64,000 bases of DNA from Thermoanaerobaculia bacterium (GCA_963664405.1 OY761158.1:6688001-6752000); one strand, 5' to 3'. Positions 28,501-37,638 are shown, counted from the stretch's first letter. Numbers and translations: made by a program. The notes: generated by a model from the letters alone, not told the origin.

Positions 28501-29138
28501 AGGAGAGATTGCAGGATCGGGGCGAGCGCCGGGGAGAAGAAGGCGGCCAAGAGCAAGCTCAGCAAGGCTCCGAACGCGGGGACCAGCAAGGCGGCGAGCA
28601 GAACGGTGAGAGCGAGGGCTCGTCGGGGGAGCAGTCCGGCGGAGGCGGCGAACGTCGTTTGGCTGAGCGGGGAGGACAGCAGTCTGAGAGCGGCGAGCCA
28701 TCGCAGAGTGGCGGCCAGAAGGCGGCGCGGGGTGGAGCGACGTCGCGCATGGGCCAGGGGGGGCCCGGTTGGTACCAGCCAGGCATCTTCACACCTGAGG
28801 ATCTGCGACAGATGGGGGCCGCGTTCGATCGGCGACTCGCCGATGCCGAGGAGCTTCAGAGCGAGCTGCGGGATCAGGGGATCAGCTCTCGAGACCTCGC
28901 GGCGGTCCTCGAGCGCATGAAGGAGTTCAGCGTGCGGGGCTTGAATCAGGATCCGCTGGCCCTCGAGAGCTTGCGCAGTGAGATCATCGAGGGCTTGCGC
29001 CAGTTCGAGTATCGACTGTGGCGTGACCTCGAGGGCGATAGCGTAGAGCGCCTCTATTTAGCAGGGGCGGATGAAGTTCCGGCTGGGTACAGAGATCTGG
29101 TGGAGAGCTACTACCGAGAACTTTCCGAGAGCGAGTAG
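25569..29138 (+). CDS. Large membrane-anchored Ig-like/coiled-coil protein (DUF4175-like)
   Basis: N-terminal TMs, beta-rich region (YRFPAYTG, DQPPIISI, AEDDHGL), long Q/E-rich coiled coils, G/Q linkers and C-terminal VPAGYRDLVESYYREL. Confidence 0.7.
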   Translation: MSELISAYDELLRAIRTTRRRWKLKILLRGLAVVLASGFCAFAISVWAMDRFHYSEGAVSMTRVLIWIALVALVARFLVLPLSRSVTDRQVSLYIEENEPNLQAELLSAVELGAEAKRKGDDTSGQATSAHLLTRLLEQAIMSCQALDYGATIERSGLRRFSALTGLVTLVAAGAILLFPAFLQHGALLLFLPWKGAALENPYSIDVVPGDITLARGSDQEVRAQLLGFDTEAVELALRRGDGSWERWPMASQVDDPVKIFMMLDLQDASEYYVEAEGVRSDLYRIEVADLPYVARLDLEYRFPAYTGLEPQRIEDGGDIAVLRGTEVLLEITPTVPTEEGQIVLEGDGEELTALALEAREDGLLLASLTVESEAFYSVELRGPTGDMLRASAEYAIEVLEDQPPIISIVEPGRDVRAHKLEEIFAEVKAEDDHGLARVDLIYSVNGEEEQTVTLLGGKRRPKEIEGGHTFYLEELDLQDGDFIAYYATARDVGDASQRRDATTDIYFVEISPFTKNYRQAQQQGGGAGGGGEMGNALSQRQRQIIAATFKLVRDKDEYTSKDFAENLTTVALMQGRLRAQVDNLIGRMENRLRGEDEFQKIVDNLQQASAEMEPAQAQLSALRPEDALPPEQRSLKFLQRAEATFRDVQVSFQRGGGGGGGEAQRMAEDLADLFELELDKLHNQYETVQRGERQALQEEVDEALQKLKELAKRQEQENERARRLASQMGLSGAAGGNQRDLVKETEELARKLERLAREQSRADLKQTARRLQSAADAMRKAMAHRSAGEVAGGGDALEELKRARRLLEKNRDFQLAAEMDDLESRARRAEGLQQEISSQVGQLDPTGERGSFVEAVENILEKKDELAKEIADLENQIDQVARQARRTQKDASRGLSEASESIRENQLKEKIRYSKGVVRGRSPEYAQGFEGEISSDIEEMSGRLAEAKGAMGTSPDDREAAALESARELVRRLESFEERLQDRGERRGEEGGQEQAQQGSERGDQQGGEQNGESEGSSGEQSGGGGERRLAERGGQQSESGEPSQSGGQKAARGGATSRMGQGGPGWYQPGIFTPEDLRQMGAAFDRRLADAEELQSELRDQGISSRDLAAVLERMKEFSVRGLNQDPLALESLRSEIIEGLRQFEYRLWRDLEGDSVERLYLAGADEVPAGYRDLVESYYRELSESE

Positions 29139-29197
29139 TCGGTCGGCTCGCTGAGCAAGGTCGTCTGCTGCCTGGAGCCGCGAAGCTCCGATTCGTT

Positions 29198-30472
29198 TCA
29201 GGTCTCGAGCTCTGCGAGGCCTGGCACTGCATAGCCTAGGCAGAACTCTTCCACAGAGGCGCGTAGAGCCGCTAGTCGCTCTTCGTCTTGGTGATGGCCC
29301 AGTGCTTCGACGATCCACTGTGCCAACTTGTCCATTTCGGCGACGCCAAAACCTCTGGTGGTTGCCGCGGGCGTGCCGAGGCGTATACCGCTGGGCCGTA
29401 GCGGTGGTTTCGGGTCGTCCGGAATGAGCTGCTTGTTGACCGTGATTGCGATGCTCTCCAAGGTCTCCTCGGCCAGGCGGCCATCGAGGGAGAAGCTCTT
29501 CTCGGTATCGACCACCATCATGTGATTGTCGGTGCCGCCCGTCACCAGGCTGCAGCCGCGGCTCATCAGTCCGTCAGCGAGGGCTCGAGAGTTGAGCAAG
29601 ACTTCGCGAGCGTAGGCTTGGAATTCCGGCTCGAGAGCCTTTCCGAGAGTAACCGCGACGCCGGCGATCGTATTCATATGCGGCCCTCCTTGGAGTCCCG
29701 GAAAAACCGCCTTGTCGATGGTTCTCGCCAGCTCCTTGCGGCAGAGGATCATTCCGCCTCGAGGGCCGCGAAGAGACTTGTGGGTGGTCGTGGTCACGAT
29801 GTCGAACCCGTAGTCGAAGGGGTTGCGCATGGCTTTACCCGCGATCAGACCGCCGATGTGGGAGACGTCCGCCATCGTCAAGGCGCCGACCTCGTCAGCG
29901 ACTTTCTTGAAGTCGGCGTAGTCGTAATCTCGCGGATAAGAGGTGTAGCCGCAGAGCACCATCTTGGGGCGATGCTGACGCGCAAGCTGCGAAAGCTCGT
30001 CGAAGTCGATACGGCCCTCCTCCTCGACGTGGGTGCCATAGCGAACGAAGTTGAATATTTTCCCCATGTGCGAGACAGGCGCTCCGTGGGTGAGATGGCC
30101 GCCGTGGGAGAGGTCCATGGCGAGGACGGTATCTCCAGGCTCGAGGCAGCCTAGATACACGGCTTGGTTCATCGGCGAGCCCGATAGGGGTTGCACATTG
30201 GCGTGGTCGCAGCCAAAGAGCTCGACTGCGCGGTCCCGGGCGAGAGTCTCGATGCGATCGGTAAACTCCTGGCCGCCGTAATAGCGTCTGCCCGGGTATC
30301 CTTCAGCGTACTTGTTGGTGAAGACCGAGCCGTTGGCGGCAAGGACCTCGGGATAGGTGTAGTTCTCCGACGGGATCAGCTCGATACCACGCCGTTGACG
30401 TTCCTCTTCGCCGGCGAGGGCGTCGTACACCTCGACGTCATTCTGTTTCAAGGCCCTGCGATTCGCGTCCAT
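29198..30472 (-). CDS. glyA: Serine hydroxymethyltransferase
   Basis: ELIPSENY, NKYAEGYPGRRYYGG, HGGHLTHG, PLP motif TTTTHKSLRGPRGG, FPGLQGGP. Confidence 0.98.
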   Translation of the reverse strand: MDANRRALKQNDVEVYDALAGEEERQRRGIELIPSENYTYPEVLAANGSVFTNKYAEGYPGRRYYGGQEFTDRIETLARDRAVELFGCDHANVQPLSGSPMNQAVYLGCLEPGDTVLAMDLSHGGHLTHGAPVSHMGKIFNFVRYGTHVEEEGRIDFDELSQLARQHRPKMVLCGYTSYPRDYDYADFKKVADEVGALTMADVSHIGGLIAGKAMRNPFDYGFDIVTTTTHKSLRGPRGGMILCRKELARTIDKAVFPGLQGGPHMNTIAGVAVTLGKALEPEFQAYAREVLLNSRALADGLMSRGCSLVTGGTDNHMMVVDTEKSFSLDGRLAEETLESIAITVNKQLIPDDPKPPLRPSGIRLGTPAATTRGFGVAEMDKLAQWIVEALGHHQDEERLAALRASVEEFCLGYAVPGLAELET

Positions 30473-30529
30473 CGGGAAGTCTCCTCGAGCCCGGAACGAA
30501 GAAACGCCCGCGGGGCTCCGTCTAAGATG

Positions 30530-30607
30530 GGCCCAGGCGAGCGGCCTTGTTTGGCTGCCGCGCTTCCCCGTGGTGCTTCCACGTTTTCTCGCCAGTCACG
30601 CGGGCAG
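30530..30607 (-). ncRNA. ZMP/ZTP riboswitch (pfl motif) in glyA leader
   Basis: Minus strand reads CGCGTGACTGGCGAGAAAACGTGGAAGCACCACGGGGAAGCGCGGC...GCCGCTCGCCTGGGC, matching the pfl pattern (GACUGGCG, P2 hairpin, GGGGA, 3' GCCG..CGCCUGGGC), upstream of a one-carbon gene. Confidence 0.9.
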
Positions 30608-30807
30608 AGTACCGTCCTCCTGAACTTAGCGAAAAGCCGCTCAGGACTCAAGCAGAAATCCAATCAGTCCTCCGCAAGGCCTGATCTTCGATGGCGCTAA
30701 CGCTACCTAAAATGTAACAACAAACGACCTTGCGAGTGATAGCAGAGAACTTCCCCACGCTCCGTAAGTCTCTAGAGACATGTACGTTACATAGAGACAT
30801 AGAAGAC

Positions 30808-30823
30808 TGGCTCTCTATTTGCT
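30808..30823 (+). promoter_or_regulatory. Putative sigma54 (-24/-12) promoter for the pilin cluster
   Basis: TGGC-TCTCTAT-TTGCT has the exact GG-N10-GC spacing, lies in an AT-richer intergenic region and is ~80 bp upstream of the first prepilin gene. Confidence 0.6.
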
Positions 30824-30904
30824 AGGCTCTTTAGCGTACAGCTCCGGTGCGGAGCCGTAGAACTCCTCCGCAGGGAGGGCCGGAGATTTCATGACGGAGG
30901 CAGA

Positions 30905-31585
30905 ATGACTGGACGACGAACCGTCGCTTCGCGCTCGCGTCCGAGTGCCGGTGTGCGGGGGGATCAGAGAGGGAGAGCCCAGCGCGGCTTTACCCTCCTC
31001 GAGCTCCTGATCGTCCTCAGTTTCATCGTTATCCTCTCTGCTGTCGGCTTTCCGGCACTGCAGCAGATGTTTACGCGTTCGAAGCTTACCGGGAGCGCGC
31101 GCGAGATCAGCTCTCATCTCCTCAACGCCCGAATACAGGCGCTGAGGCGAGGGCGGAGCGTGGTCGTCCGGCCGAGCTATGCCACCAAGTCTCTTGTCGC
31201 CTTTGTCGATGAGAATGACGACCAGGTGCAGGATCCGACCGAGCTTCAGGTTTACAACCTGGACATTCCTGGTACCGGGGAGGGGAATATCTATCTCATG
31301 GGGGAGAACGGTATCGAAGGAGCGGACAACAGCCCTGCGGAATCGGTCGATGGCTTCACCGCGGTCGGCGCGAACTTTGTCGCGGTGTTCGACCCTGACG
31401 GGACTATTCGTGACTTCGGTGCGTTCAGAATCTCGGACGGCGGCAATCCGCCCAATGTTTTCGAAGTGCGGGTCGAGCCCAGGGCTACAGCGCGGCTGCG
31501 GACTCTGAAGTATGTCTACGATGGACCGAACGGGGACGACTTCTACACCGAGGGACAGGGGGTCAACGTGTGGGAGTGGTACTAG
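30905..31585 (+). CDS. Prepilin-type protein, FimT/GspH-like
   Basis: QRG|FTLLELLIVLSFIVILSAVGFP class III signal; LLNARIQALRRG helix. Exact start uncertain. Confidence 0.82.
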   Translation: MTGRRTVASRSRPSAGVRGDQRGRAQRGFTLLELLIVLSFIVILSAVGFPALQQMFTRSKLTGSAREISSHLLNARIQALRRGRSVVVRPSYATKSLVAFVDENDDQVQDPTELQVYNLDIPGTGEGNIYLMGENGIEGADNSPAESVDGFTAVGANFVAVFDPDGTIRDFGAFRISDGGNPPNVFEVRVEPRATARLRTLKYVYDGPNGDDFYTEGQGVNVWEWY

Positions 31586-31632
31586 TGGCAAAGAAGATTC
31601 TTTCTGGCCTCGATGCTTCGCGGAGAAGCCTA

Positions 31633-32175
31633 ATGATGAGCCGTAGATCCGCACTCCGGGGAGCGCCAGGCTTCACCCTTATCGAGATGCTGCTGGCGAT
31701 GGCGCTGATGGGCGTGATGATGGTCGGGGTTCTGCCTCTGTTCACCAAGGCGATGAGCAACAATGTCGAGGGAAGCCAGCTGACCGAAGTGACCAATCGT
31801 GCTCGATTGCACTTGGAGGAGCTTATGGCGATGCCCGTCGACGGCGAGGATCTCACCGTTCCGGACGGGGACAACGAGCTCCTCATCAGTCACGTTTGGT
31901 CGGTTTCAGAGGAGCGTTGGATCGAGGGGACCACCCTCCCCGGGGGCGAGGAGCCTGCATTTTCTCGGGTTACCCGCGTGCGCCAGTTCAATATGTCGGC
32001 GATCAACAACATCGACCTCGAATTTGAAGAAGACGAGAGGTTGGTCGGTGGTGCGCCTTCCGGCCAGGTGCATATCAAAGAGATCGTGGTTCGCGTCAAC
32101 AGTGGGCGTCCCACTCTTCTGAACCTGCTCGGCCGGAGCAAGAGTGTGACCTTGAGAGTGCTCAAGTCGGTCTGA
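31633..32175 (+). CDS. Prepilin-type protein, PilV-like
   Basis: PG|FTLIEMLLAMALMGV class III signal; second gene of the cluster. Confidence 0.78.
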   Translation: MMSRRSALRGAPGFTLIEMLLAMALMGVMMVGVLPLFTKAMSNNVEGSQLTEVTNRARLHLEELMAMPVDGEDLTVPDGDNELLISHVWSVSEERWIEGTTLPGGEEPAFSRVTRVRQFNMSAINNIDLEFEEDERLVGGAPSGQVHIKEIVVRVNSGRPTLLNLLGRSKSVTLRVLKSV

Positions 32176-32183
32176 GGAAGGAA

Positions 32184-33431
32184 GTGGTGAAAGTCTTGTT
32201 ACAAGTGAACAGGCCCTCCCGAGAAGCGGGCTTTACCGCCTTAGAGCTCCTGGTGACCGCCGCCATCATGGTTTCCGTGATGTCGCTGGTGCTAACGGCG
32301 GTCGACATGAATGCGAACGTGACACTGGTCCAGACCGATGTCGCGGACGTCCAGCAGTCGATCCGCGTGGCCCAGCGCGATATGCAGCGTATGGTGCGCA
32401 TGGCCGGACGAGGTGGGCTGCCGCGCCCGGTGAGCGTCGTCGTACAGCAAGATGTCACGGACGGGACCATGATCGGGACGGTGGATCCCGACACGCGTGA
32501 GGTGCTGGCGGAGACCGACATCCTCACTGTGCGGGGAGTCTTCAACTCGCCTCTCTTTCGCATCGACGCCTCGGACGCTTCCACCTTCAGCGTTGCCGGC
32601 GAGGACGCCACCCTGGTCATCGACGATCGAACCAAGTCGGCCTTCCATCAACCTCTCGATGCTCTGCATGACCTCGTAGCGGCTGATGACACGGTGGGCC
32701 CGGAGGCGATATTGATCGTCAGTCGGCAGTCCGACACCGTATATGCCATCGTCGAGTTGGCCGGGATCACCTTCACGAACACAGTCCTCGATATCCAGAA
32801 CCAGGCCGTCAACGTCGAGAGGGCAACCTTGTCTCTCAAGGTCGGTGGCGCGGGACACGTCCCTGCCTATCTCTCGCTCTCACCCGGGGGCATCTTTCCT
32901 CCCACCTTGACCTCGGCTCTCTTCGTCGCTGTCGTGGAAGAGTATAGTTTTTACATTCGTGAGGATTACTCCATCCCCGGGGACGACACCAGCCCCCTGA
33001 GTCCCAAGCTCACGCGTGCTCGAATGGTCCCTGGCACCGCCTTGCCTCACCCCGGGGCGCCGGACAACATCGCGATCGACATCGCCGACAACATCTTCGA
33101 TTTCCAGGTCGCTCTGGGGATCGACCTCGACGGCGATGGCCTAGTGGAGGTCGAGGATGGAGGGGGTACGCCTTTGGCACCCGATAGCGACGAGTGGCTC
33201 TGGAACGATGCCGGGGACAACTTGGCTCTTCCATGGGCCACCACGAGTCTGAAGCAAGTCCGGCTCAGCATTCTCGGCCAGACTGCCACTGCGGACCGCC
33301 AGTACATCTCGCCAGCGATCGACAGTTTCGAGAACCGCGATTACAGCGAAGACGTAGTGCCAACGGATCCGTCGACTCGGCGCTACCGTCGTCGCATTCT
33401 GCAGAGTGCCGTTGATCTGAGGAACCTCTAA
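32184..33431 (+). CDS. Prepilin-type protein, PilW-like
   Basis: AG|FTALELLV; DVQQSIRVAQRDMQRMVRMAG; IADNIFDFQVALGID; C-terminal VDLRNL. Confidence 0.8.
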   Translation: MVKVLLQVNRPSREAGFTALELLVTAAIMVSVMSLVLTAVDMNANVTLVQTDVADVQQSIRVAQRDMQRMVRMAGRGGLPRPVSVVVQQDVTDGTMIGTVDPDTREVLAETDILTVRGVFNSPLFRIDASDASTFSVAGEDATLVIDDRTKSAFHQPLDALHDLVAADDTVGPEAILIVSRQSDTVYAIVELAGITFTNTVLDIQNQAVNVERATLSLKVGGAGHVPAYLSLSPGGIFPPTLTSALFVAVVEEYSFYIREDYSIPGDDTSPLSPKLTRARMVPGTALPHPGAPDNIAIDIADNIFDFQVALGIDLDGDGLVEVEDGGGTPLAPDSDEWLWNDAGDNLALPWATTSLKQVRLSILGQTATADRQYISPAIDSFENRDYSEDVVPTDPSTRRYRRRILQSAVDLRNL

Positions 33432-33994
33432 TGCGTAAGTCCCTGACCCAGATCAAGCTCCTTCGGTCTCGCCGCGAAGACGGCAGTGCCTACATCATCG
33501 CGTTGATGGCGCTCTTTCTGCTCACGATTCTCGGCATCTCCGTGAGCCTGGTCACTCAGACGGAGATCCTCGCGAGTAGTCAGGAACGGACCATCGAGCG
33601 GACTTTTTACGCCGCCGAGGCCGGCCTGGAGATGGCGATTGCCCGTGCTCTCGGTCAGGGTGACTATGGTCCAGCCACTCACATCGCCCAGCGCACCGAG
33701 CTCGAGCAGGGAGCCATCATGCAGATGCAGGAGCGTGCCGACAGCTCGACTTTCTTCTGCATCGGTGACTCTCCTTGTAATCTCTGCTCGATCAACCAGG
33801 GCAGCCAGTGGGTCCGGCGCAACCATATGCTGTCGGTGAACGCGGTGCGCTCGGGTGTCGACGCCGGGGTAGATGTGCCCGTCGGCCGGAAATCTCTAAC
33901 CGACATGGTGGACATCGAGCCGACCCAGGTGATCGTCGACTGTCTGGCCGACCTCCCTGATTCGACCAGCGGTTTTCGCTTCGACGAGTTCTAA
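33431..33994 (+). CDS. PilX-like minor pilin
   Basis: DG|SAYIIALMAL lacking Glu5 (PilX/GspK trait); TFYAAEAGLE motif. Confidence 0.78.
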   Translation: MRKSLTQIKLLRSRREDGSAYIIALMALFLLTILGISVSLVTQTEILASSQERTIERTFYAAEAGLEMAIARALGQGDYGPATHIAQRTELEQGAIMQMQERADSSTFFCIGDSPCNLCSINQGSQWVRRNHMLSVNAVRSGVDAGVDVPVGRKSLTDMVDIEPTQVIVDCLADLPDSTSGFRFDEF

Positions 33995-34794
33995 CGCGAC
34001 CGACCCGAGTCGCGAAGGTAGGCACTCGCTTCGAGCAGACCGGCCCCATGGCCTACGTCAAAGAGTGGCGGCGGAATAAGCGCACCCTTGACTCGGCCCT
34101 CGAGGGCCAATTTCTGGTACACGGGCACCTCGTCGTATTCCCCCGAGATGGACGGCCGCAACAGGTCGATCACGCCGAAGACCTCCGGGGCGCAAACATA
34201 GCGGCCGCAGGTACGAAGAATTCGTTCGCCGGGATCGATCTCGAGAAGGCCTGGCTTCTTGTCGTGAATGCGCTCGACCTGGAGCGTGTCCGGGCTCAGG
34301 CGGCGCCAGTCGATTCGCCCGCAATTGCCGTAGAGGCCCGAAGAGGACTCGTCGAGATCGAGGACGCCGAGGACGTGGTGTCCGCTCTCCTCGAATACTT
34401 GAAGCATGCGGGCCAGGGAGTAGGTTGGAGAAAGTGGAAGATTATCGGGTAAAAGGAGCGCGAAGGGCTCTTCGGCGGTGAAGTCTCGGCACAGTGATAC
34501 GGCTTCCGCCAAGCCGTTGGGGACTTCTTGCTCCAAGAAACGGATTCTCAGCTCTGGCCAGTGGCCCTCATCCTGTTGCGCCCCGATATAGCGTTCGATG
34601 AGGATTCCTTTGCCCCGGCGCGTGACAATTGCTGCCTCGACCAGTCCACCCTCAGCGGCTTCGCTGAGAACCCAGTCGAGCGTCGGGCGGCTGCCGAGAG
34701 GCGCGAGCTCTTTGGGCACAACGCTCGAGAAGGGGCGCATTCTGGTGCCACGTCCGGCGGCGGGGATGACGGCTTTGCGGACTTGACGAGACAT
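33991..34794 (-). CDS. Sugar-1-phosphate nucleotidyltransferase (GalU-like)
   Basis: KAVIPAAGRGTRMRP..PKE, EQEVPNGLAEAV, FALLLPDN, CGRYV, FDVG. Confidence 0.85.
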   Translation of the reverse strand: MSRQVRKAVIPAAGRGTRMRPFSSVVPKELAPLGSRPTLDWVLSEAAEGGLVEAAIVTRRGKGILIERYIGAQQDEGHWPELRIRFLEQEVPNGLAEAVSLCRDFTAEEPFALLLPDNLPLSPTYSLARMLQVFEESGHHVLGVLDLDESSSGLYGNCGRIDWRRLSPDTLQVERIHDKKPGLLEIDPGERILRTCGRYVCAPEVFGVIDLLRPSISGEYDEVPVYQKLALEGRVKGALIPPPLFDVGHGAGLLEASAYLRDSGRSR

Positions 34795-34814
34795 CGGCCG
34801 CGAGATTGTACGGC

Positions 34815-35834
34815 ATGGACGTGAGAAGATCTGCCGCCGTGAGGACTTTCCTCAGATGCTCCTTGCGGGCCATCTCCGCGCTGCTAGTGGCCTTTTCACT
34901 TTCCTGCGGCGGAGGCGGCGCGGTCAAGGTGCTCGCCCTGGCTCATGGGCTCGACCCTTCCCATCCGGTCCACAAGGCGATGGAGTTTCTCGCCACCCGC
35001 CTCGACGAGAGCTCGGGCGGCAGCTTGCAGCTTCGCATCTACCCGAGCGAGCAATTGGGGAGCGAGCGCGAGTGCCTGGAGCTACTCCAGATCGGCAGCT
35101 TGGCGATGACCAAGGTCTCGGCGAGCGTGCTGGAGTCGTTCTCTCCCGCCTTTGGAGTCCTCTCGCTGCCCTTTCTCTTTTCCGACCGAGATCACGTGTG
35201 GGAGGTCCTCGACGGCGAGATCGGTCGTGACCTCTTGGCCGAGCCGCTGCAGTATCGCTTACGAGGGTTGGCCTTTTATGACGCTGGGAGTCGCAGTTTC
35301 TACACCACGAGCCGGCCGGTGCGGAGCCCGGAGGATCTGCAAGGGCTCAAGATCCGGACCATGGAGAGCGCGACCGCCATGGATATGGTGAGGGCGTTGG
35401 GGGGCTCTCCGACGCCGATATCTTGGGGAGAGATCTATAGCGCCCTGCAGCAAGGGGTGGTCGATGGCGCCGAGAACAACCCGCCGAGCTTTCATCTTTC
35501 GAGACACTACGAAGTGGCGAAGTACTACTCGCTCGACGAGCACACTTCGGTACCGGACGTGCTTCTGATCGGCAGAGCGGCATGGGAGGCGCTCGATTCC
35601 CGAGAACGGGAGCTGCTGTCGGCGGCGGCGCGAGAGTCCGCCGAGTATCAAAAGATACTGTGGCGAGCCGCTGAGAAGACAGCCCTCGATGCGGTCCAGG
35701 AGGCAGGCGTCGAGGTCCTGAGGCCGAGCAAGCAGCCGTTCATGAAAGAAGTCGAGGAGCTTCTGGAGGCGCGGCGCGCGGACCCTGAAGTCGGCCCCTG
35801 GATGCGCCGCATTCAGGGTGAAAGAGAGAATTGA
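34815..35834 (+). CDS. dctP: TRAP transporter substrate-binding lipoprotein DctP
   Basis: Lipobox SLSC; HPVHKAM, QLGSERE, DAGSRSFY, GLKIRTM (carboxylate-binding Arg), QGVVDGAENN. Start uncertain. Confidence 0.9.
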   Translation: MDVRRSAAVRTFLRCSLRAISALLVAFSLSCGGGGAVKVLALAHGLDPSHPVHKAMEFLATRLDESSGGSLQLRIYPSEQLGSERECLELLQIGSLAMTKVSASVLESFSPAFGVLSLPFLFSDRDHVWEVLDGEIGRDLLAEPLQYRLRGLAFYDAGSRSFYTTSRPVRSPEDLQGLKIRTMESATAMDMVRALGGSPTPISWGEIYSALQQGVVDGAENNPPSFHLSRHYEVAKYYSLDEHTSVPDVLLIGRAAWEALDSRERELLSAAARESAEYQKILWRAAEKTALDAVQEAGVEVLRPSKQPFMKEVEELLEARRADPEVGPWMRRIQGEREN

Positions 35835-36298
35835 TGCGGGGCCTCAGAGAGCGGGTGGATCGGCTTCTGGAGCGCGTACTCGCCACCTTGATGGCCCTGA
35901 TGGTGATCAATGTGTGCTGGCAGGTGGTGACTCGCTTCATTCTTCGCCAGCCAAGCTCGTTTACCGAGGAAGCCGCCCGCTTCTTGTTGATCTGGGTCGG
36001 GCTCCTCGGAGCGAGCTACGCGCTGGGGCAGCGGATGCACCTGGCGATCGACGTGCTGGCGCGATGGAAACCGAGTTGGCGTCCGGGGCTCAGGATTACC
36101 AGCCTCGCTGTCACCGCGACCTTCGCCCTCTTGGTACTGGGAGTGGGCGGAGCGCGCCTCGTGCTGCTCACTTTGGAGCTGGGACAAACTTCCGCCGCCT
36201 TGGGCTGGAGCCTGGGCTACGTGTATCTGGCGCTGCCGCTCAGCGGACTCCTCATGACCTTCTATGCCCTGAGTGAGCTATCGGAGCCGGCTCAGTAA
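35834..36298 (+). CDS. dctQ: TRAP transporter small permease DctQ
   Basis: 4 TM; QVVTRF..SSFTEEAARFLLIW, HLAID. Confidence 0.9.
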   Translation: MRGLRERVDRLLERVLATLMALMVINVCWQVVTRFILRQPSSFTEEAARFLLIWVGLLGASYALGQRMHLAIDVLARWKPSWRPGLRITSLAVTATFALLVLGVGGARLVLLTLELGQTSAALGWSLGYVYLALPLSGLLMTFYALSELSEPAQ

Positions 36299-37608
36299 TG
36301 GTTGATCTCGCGAGTGTCGGAGTCCTTGGGGGTGTCTTCCTGGTGGTGATGGCGCTAGGAGCACCGATCGCGATAGCGGTGGGGACCGCCGCGACGGCAA
36401 CCCTTCTCCTCGGAGGATCGCCGCTGCCCGTAGTGACGACGATCTCTCAGCGCGTCGCAACGGCTCTCGATTCCTTCTCGCTGCTCGCCATCCCCCTATT
36501 CATACTGTCTGGCCAGTTGATGAATCGGGGAGGTGCCGCGAGGCGCCTTCTCGAATTCGGTAAGGCTCTGGTAGGTGCGCTCCCGGGTGGGCTGGTCCTG
36601 GTCAATATCGTTGGCTGTCTCCTCTTTGGTGCGATCTCGGGCTCGGCGGTGGCCACTGCCGCGGCTATCGGCGGCTTCATGATTCCGCTGATGGAAGAGG
36701 AGGGATATGGACGAGACTACGGTACGGCGGTCAACATAACGGCCTCCACCACAGGACTTCTAATCCCGCCGAGCAACATTCTGATCGTCTACTCGCTTGC
36801 CAGCGGAGGAGTCTCGATCGCTGCGCTGTTTCTCGCCGGCTATCTACCCGGCCTCCTGGTTGGTGCCTGTGTGGCGTCGGCCGCGGTGGTCCTGGCTCGG
36901 ATACGCGGTCTCGAGGTAGCACGGATACCCTGGAATACCGGCGCGACACTGCGCAGTGGAATCGCGGCACTTCCCAGCTTGCTACTGGTAGTGGTGGTCA
37001 TGGGAGGAATCATCGGCGGCGTGTTCACGGCTACGGAGGCAGCGGGAGTCGCGGTTGTCTACGCCCTTCTCTTGTCTCTCTTGGTGTATCGAGAGATCTC
37101 GGTTCGGGAGTTGCCAGCCATTCTGGTCGAGGCCTCCGCCACCACTGGAGTTGTTCTCATTCTGGTCGGGGCCTCGATGGCGCTTTCGTGGGTGATGGCC
37201 TTCGAGAACATCCCGCAGGGCGTAGCGGAGCTGATGCTCTCCCTTGCCGCGGGTCCGATCGCTGTTCTACTGGTAATGAATGTGGTGCTTTTGGCTGTCG
37301 GAACGTTCATGGACATGACTCCGGCTGTGCTTATCTTTACGCCGATCTTCCTGCCGGTGGCGATCGAAATGGGCGTCGATCCGGTCCACTTCGGGGTGAT
37401 CATGGTGCTCAATTTGTGTGTCGGTCTGTGCACTCCACCGGTTGGCACCGTTCTCTTCGTCGGCTGCGGAGTCGGAGAGACGACCCTCTCGCGAGTGCTG
37501 CCAAGTCTGCTGCCGCTCTACGCAGCCATGCTCGTCGCGCTGGTGTTGGTGATGAGTCTGCCGGAGCTCAGTCTCTGGCTTCCCCGAACGTTTGGCTTTC
37601 TTCCTTAG
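36298..37608 (+). CDS. dctM: TRAP transporter large permease DctM
   Basis: LLAIPLFILSG, FGAISGSAVA, LIPPS, GVFTATEA, DPVHFG, TPPVG. Confidence 0.93.
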   Translation: MVDLASVGVLGGVFLVVMALGAPIAIAVGTAATATLLLGGSPLPVVTTISQRVATALDSFSLLAIPLFILSGQLMNRGGAARRLLEFGKALVGALPGGLVLVNIVGCLLFGAISGSAVATAAAIGGFMIPLMEEEGYGRDYGTAVNITASTTGLLIPPSNILIVYSLASGGVSIAALFLAGYLPGLLVGACVASAAVVLARIRGLEVARIPWNTGATLRSGIAALPSLLLVVVVMGGIIGGVFTATEAAGVAVVYALLLSLLVYREISVRELPAILVEASATTGVVLILVGASMALSWVMAFENIPQGVAELMLSLAAGPIAVLLVMNVVLLAVGTFMDMTPAVLIFTPIFLPVAIEMGVDPVHFGVIMVLNLCVGLCTPPVGTVLFVGCGVGETTLSRVLPSLLPLYAAMLVALVLVMSLPELSLWLPRTFGFLP

Positions 37609-37638
37609 CTTGACGCCTCTTCCTCCGAGTTGATCAAC

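Noticed and set aside
30473-30700. Glycine, THF or SAM riboswitch upstream of glyA
   Set aside because: The sequence fits the pfl/ZTP pattern and lacks the hallmarks of the others.
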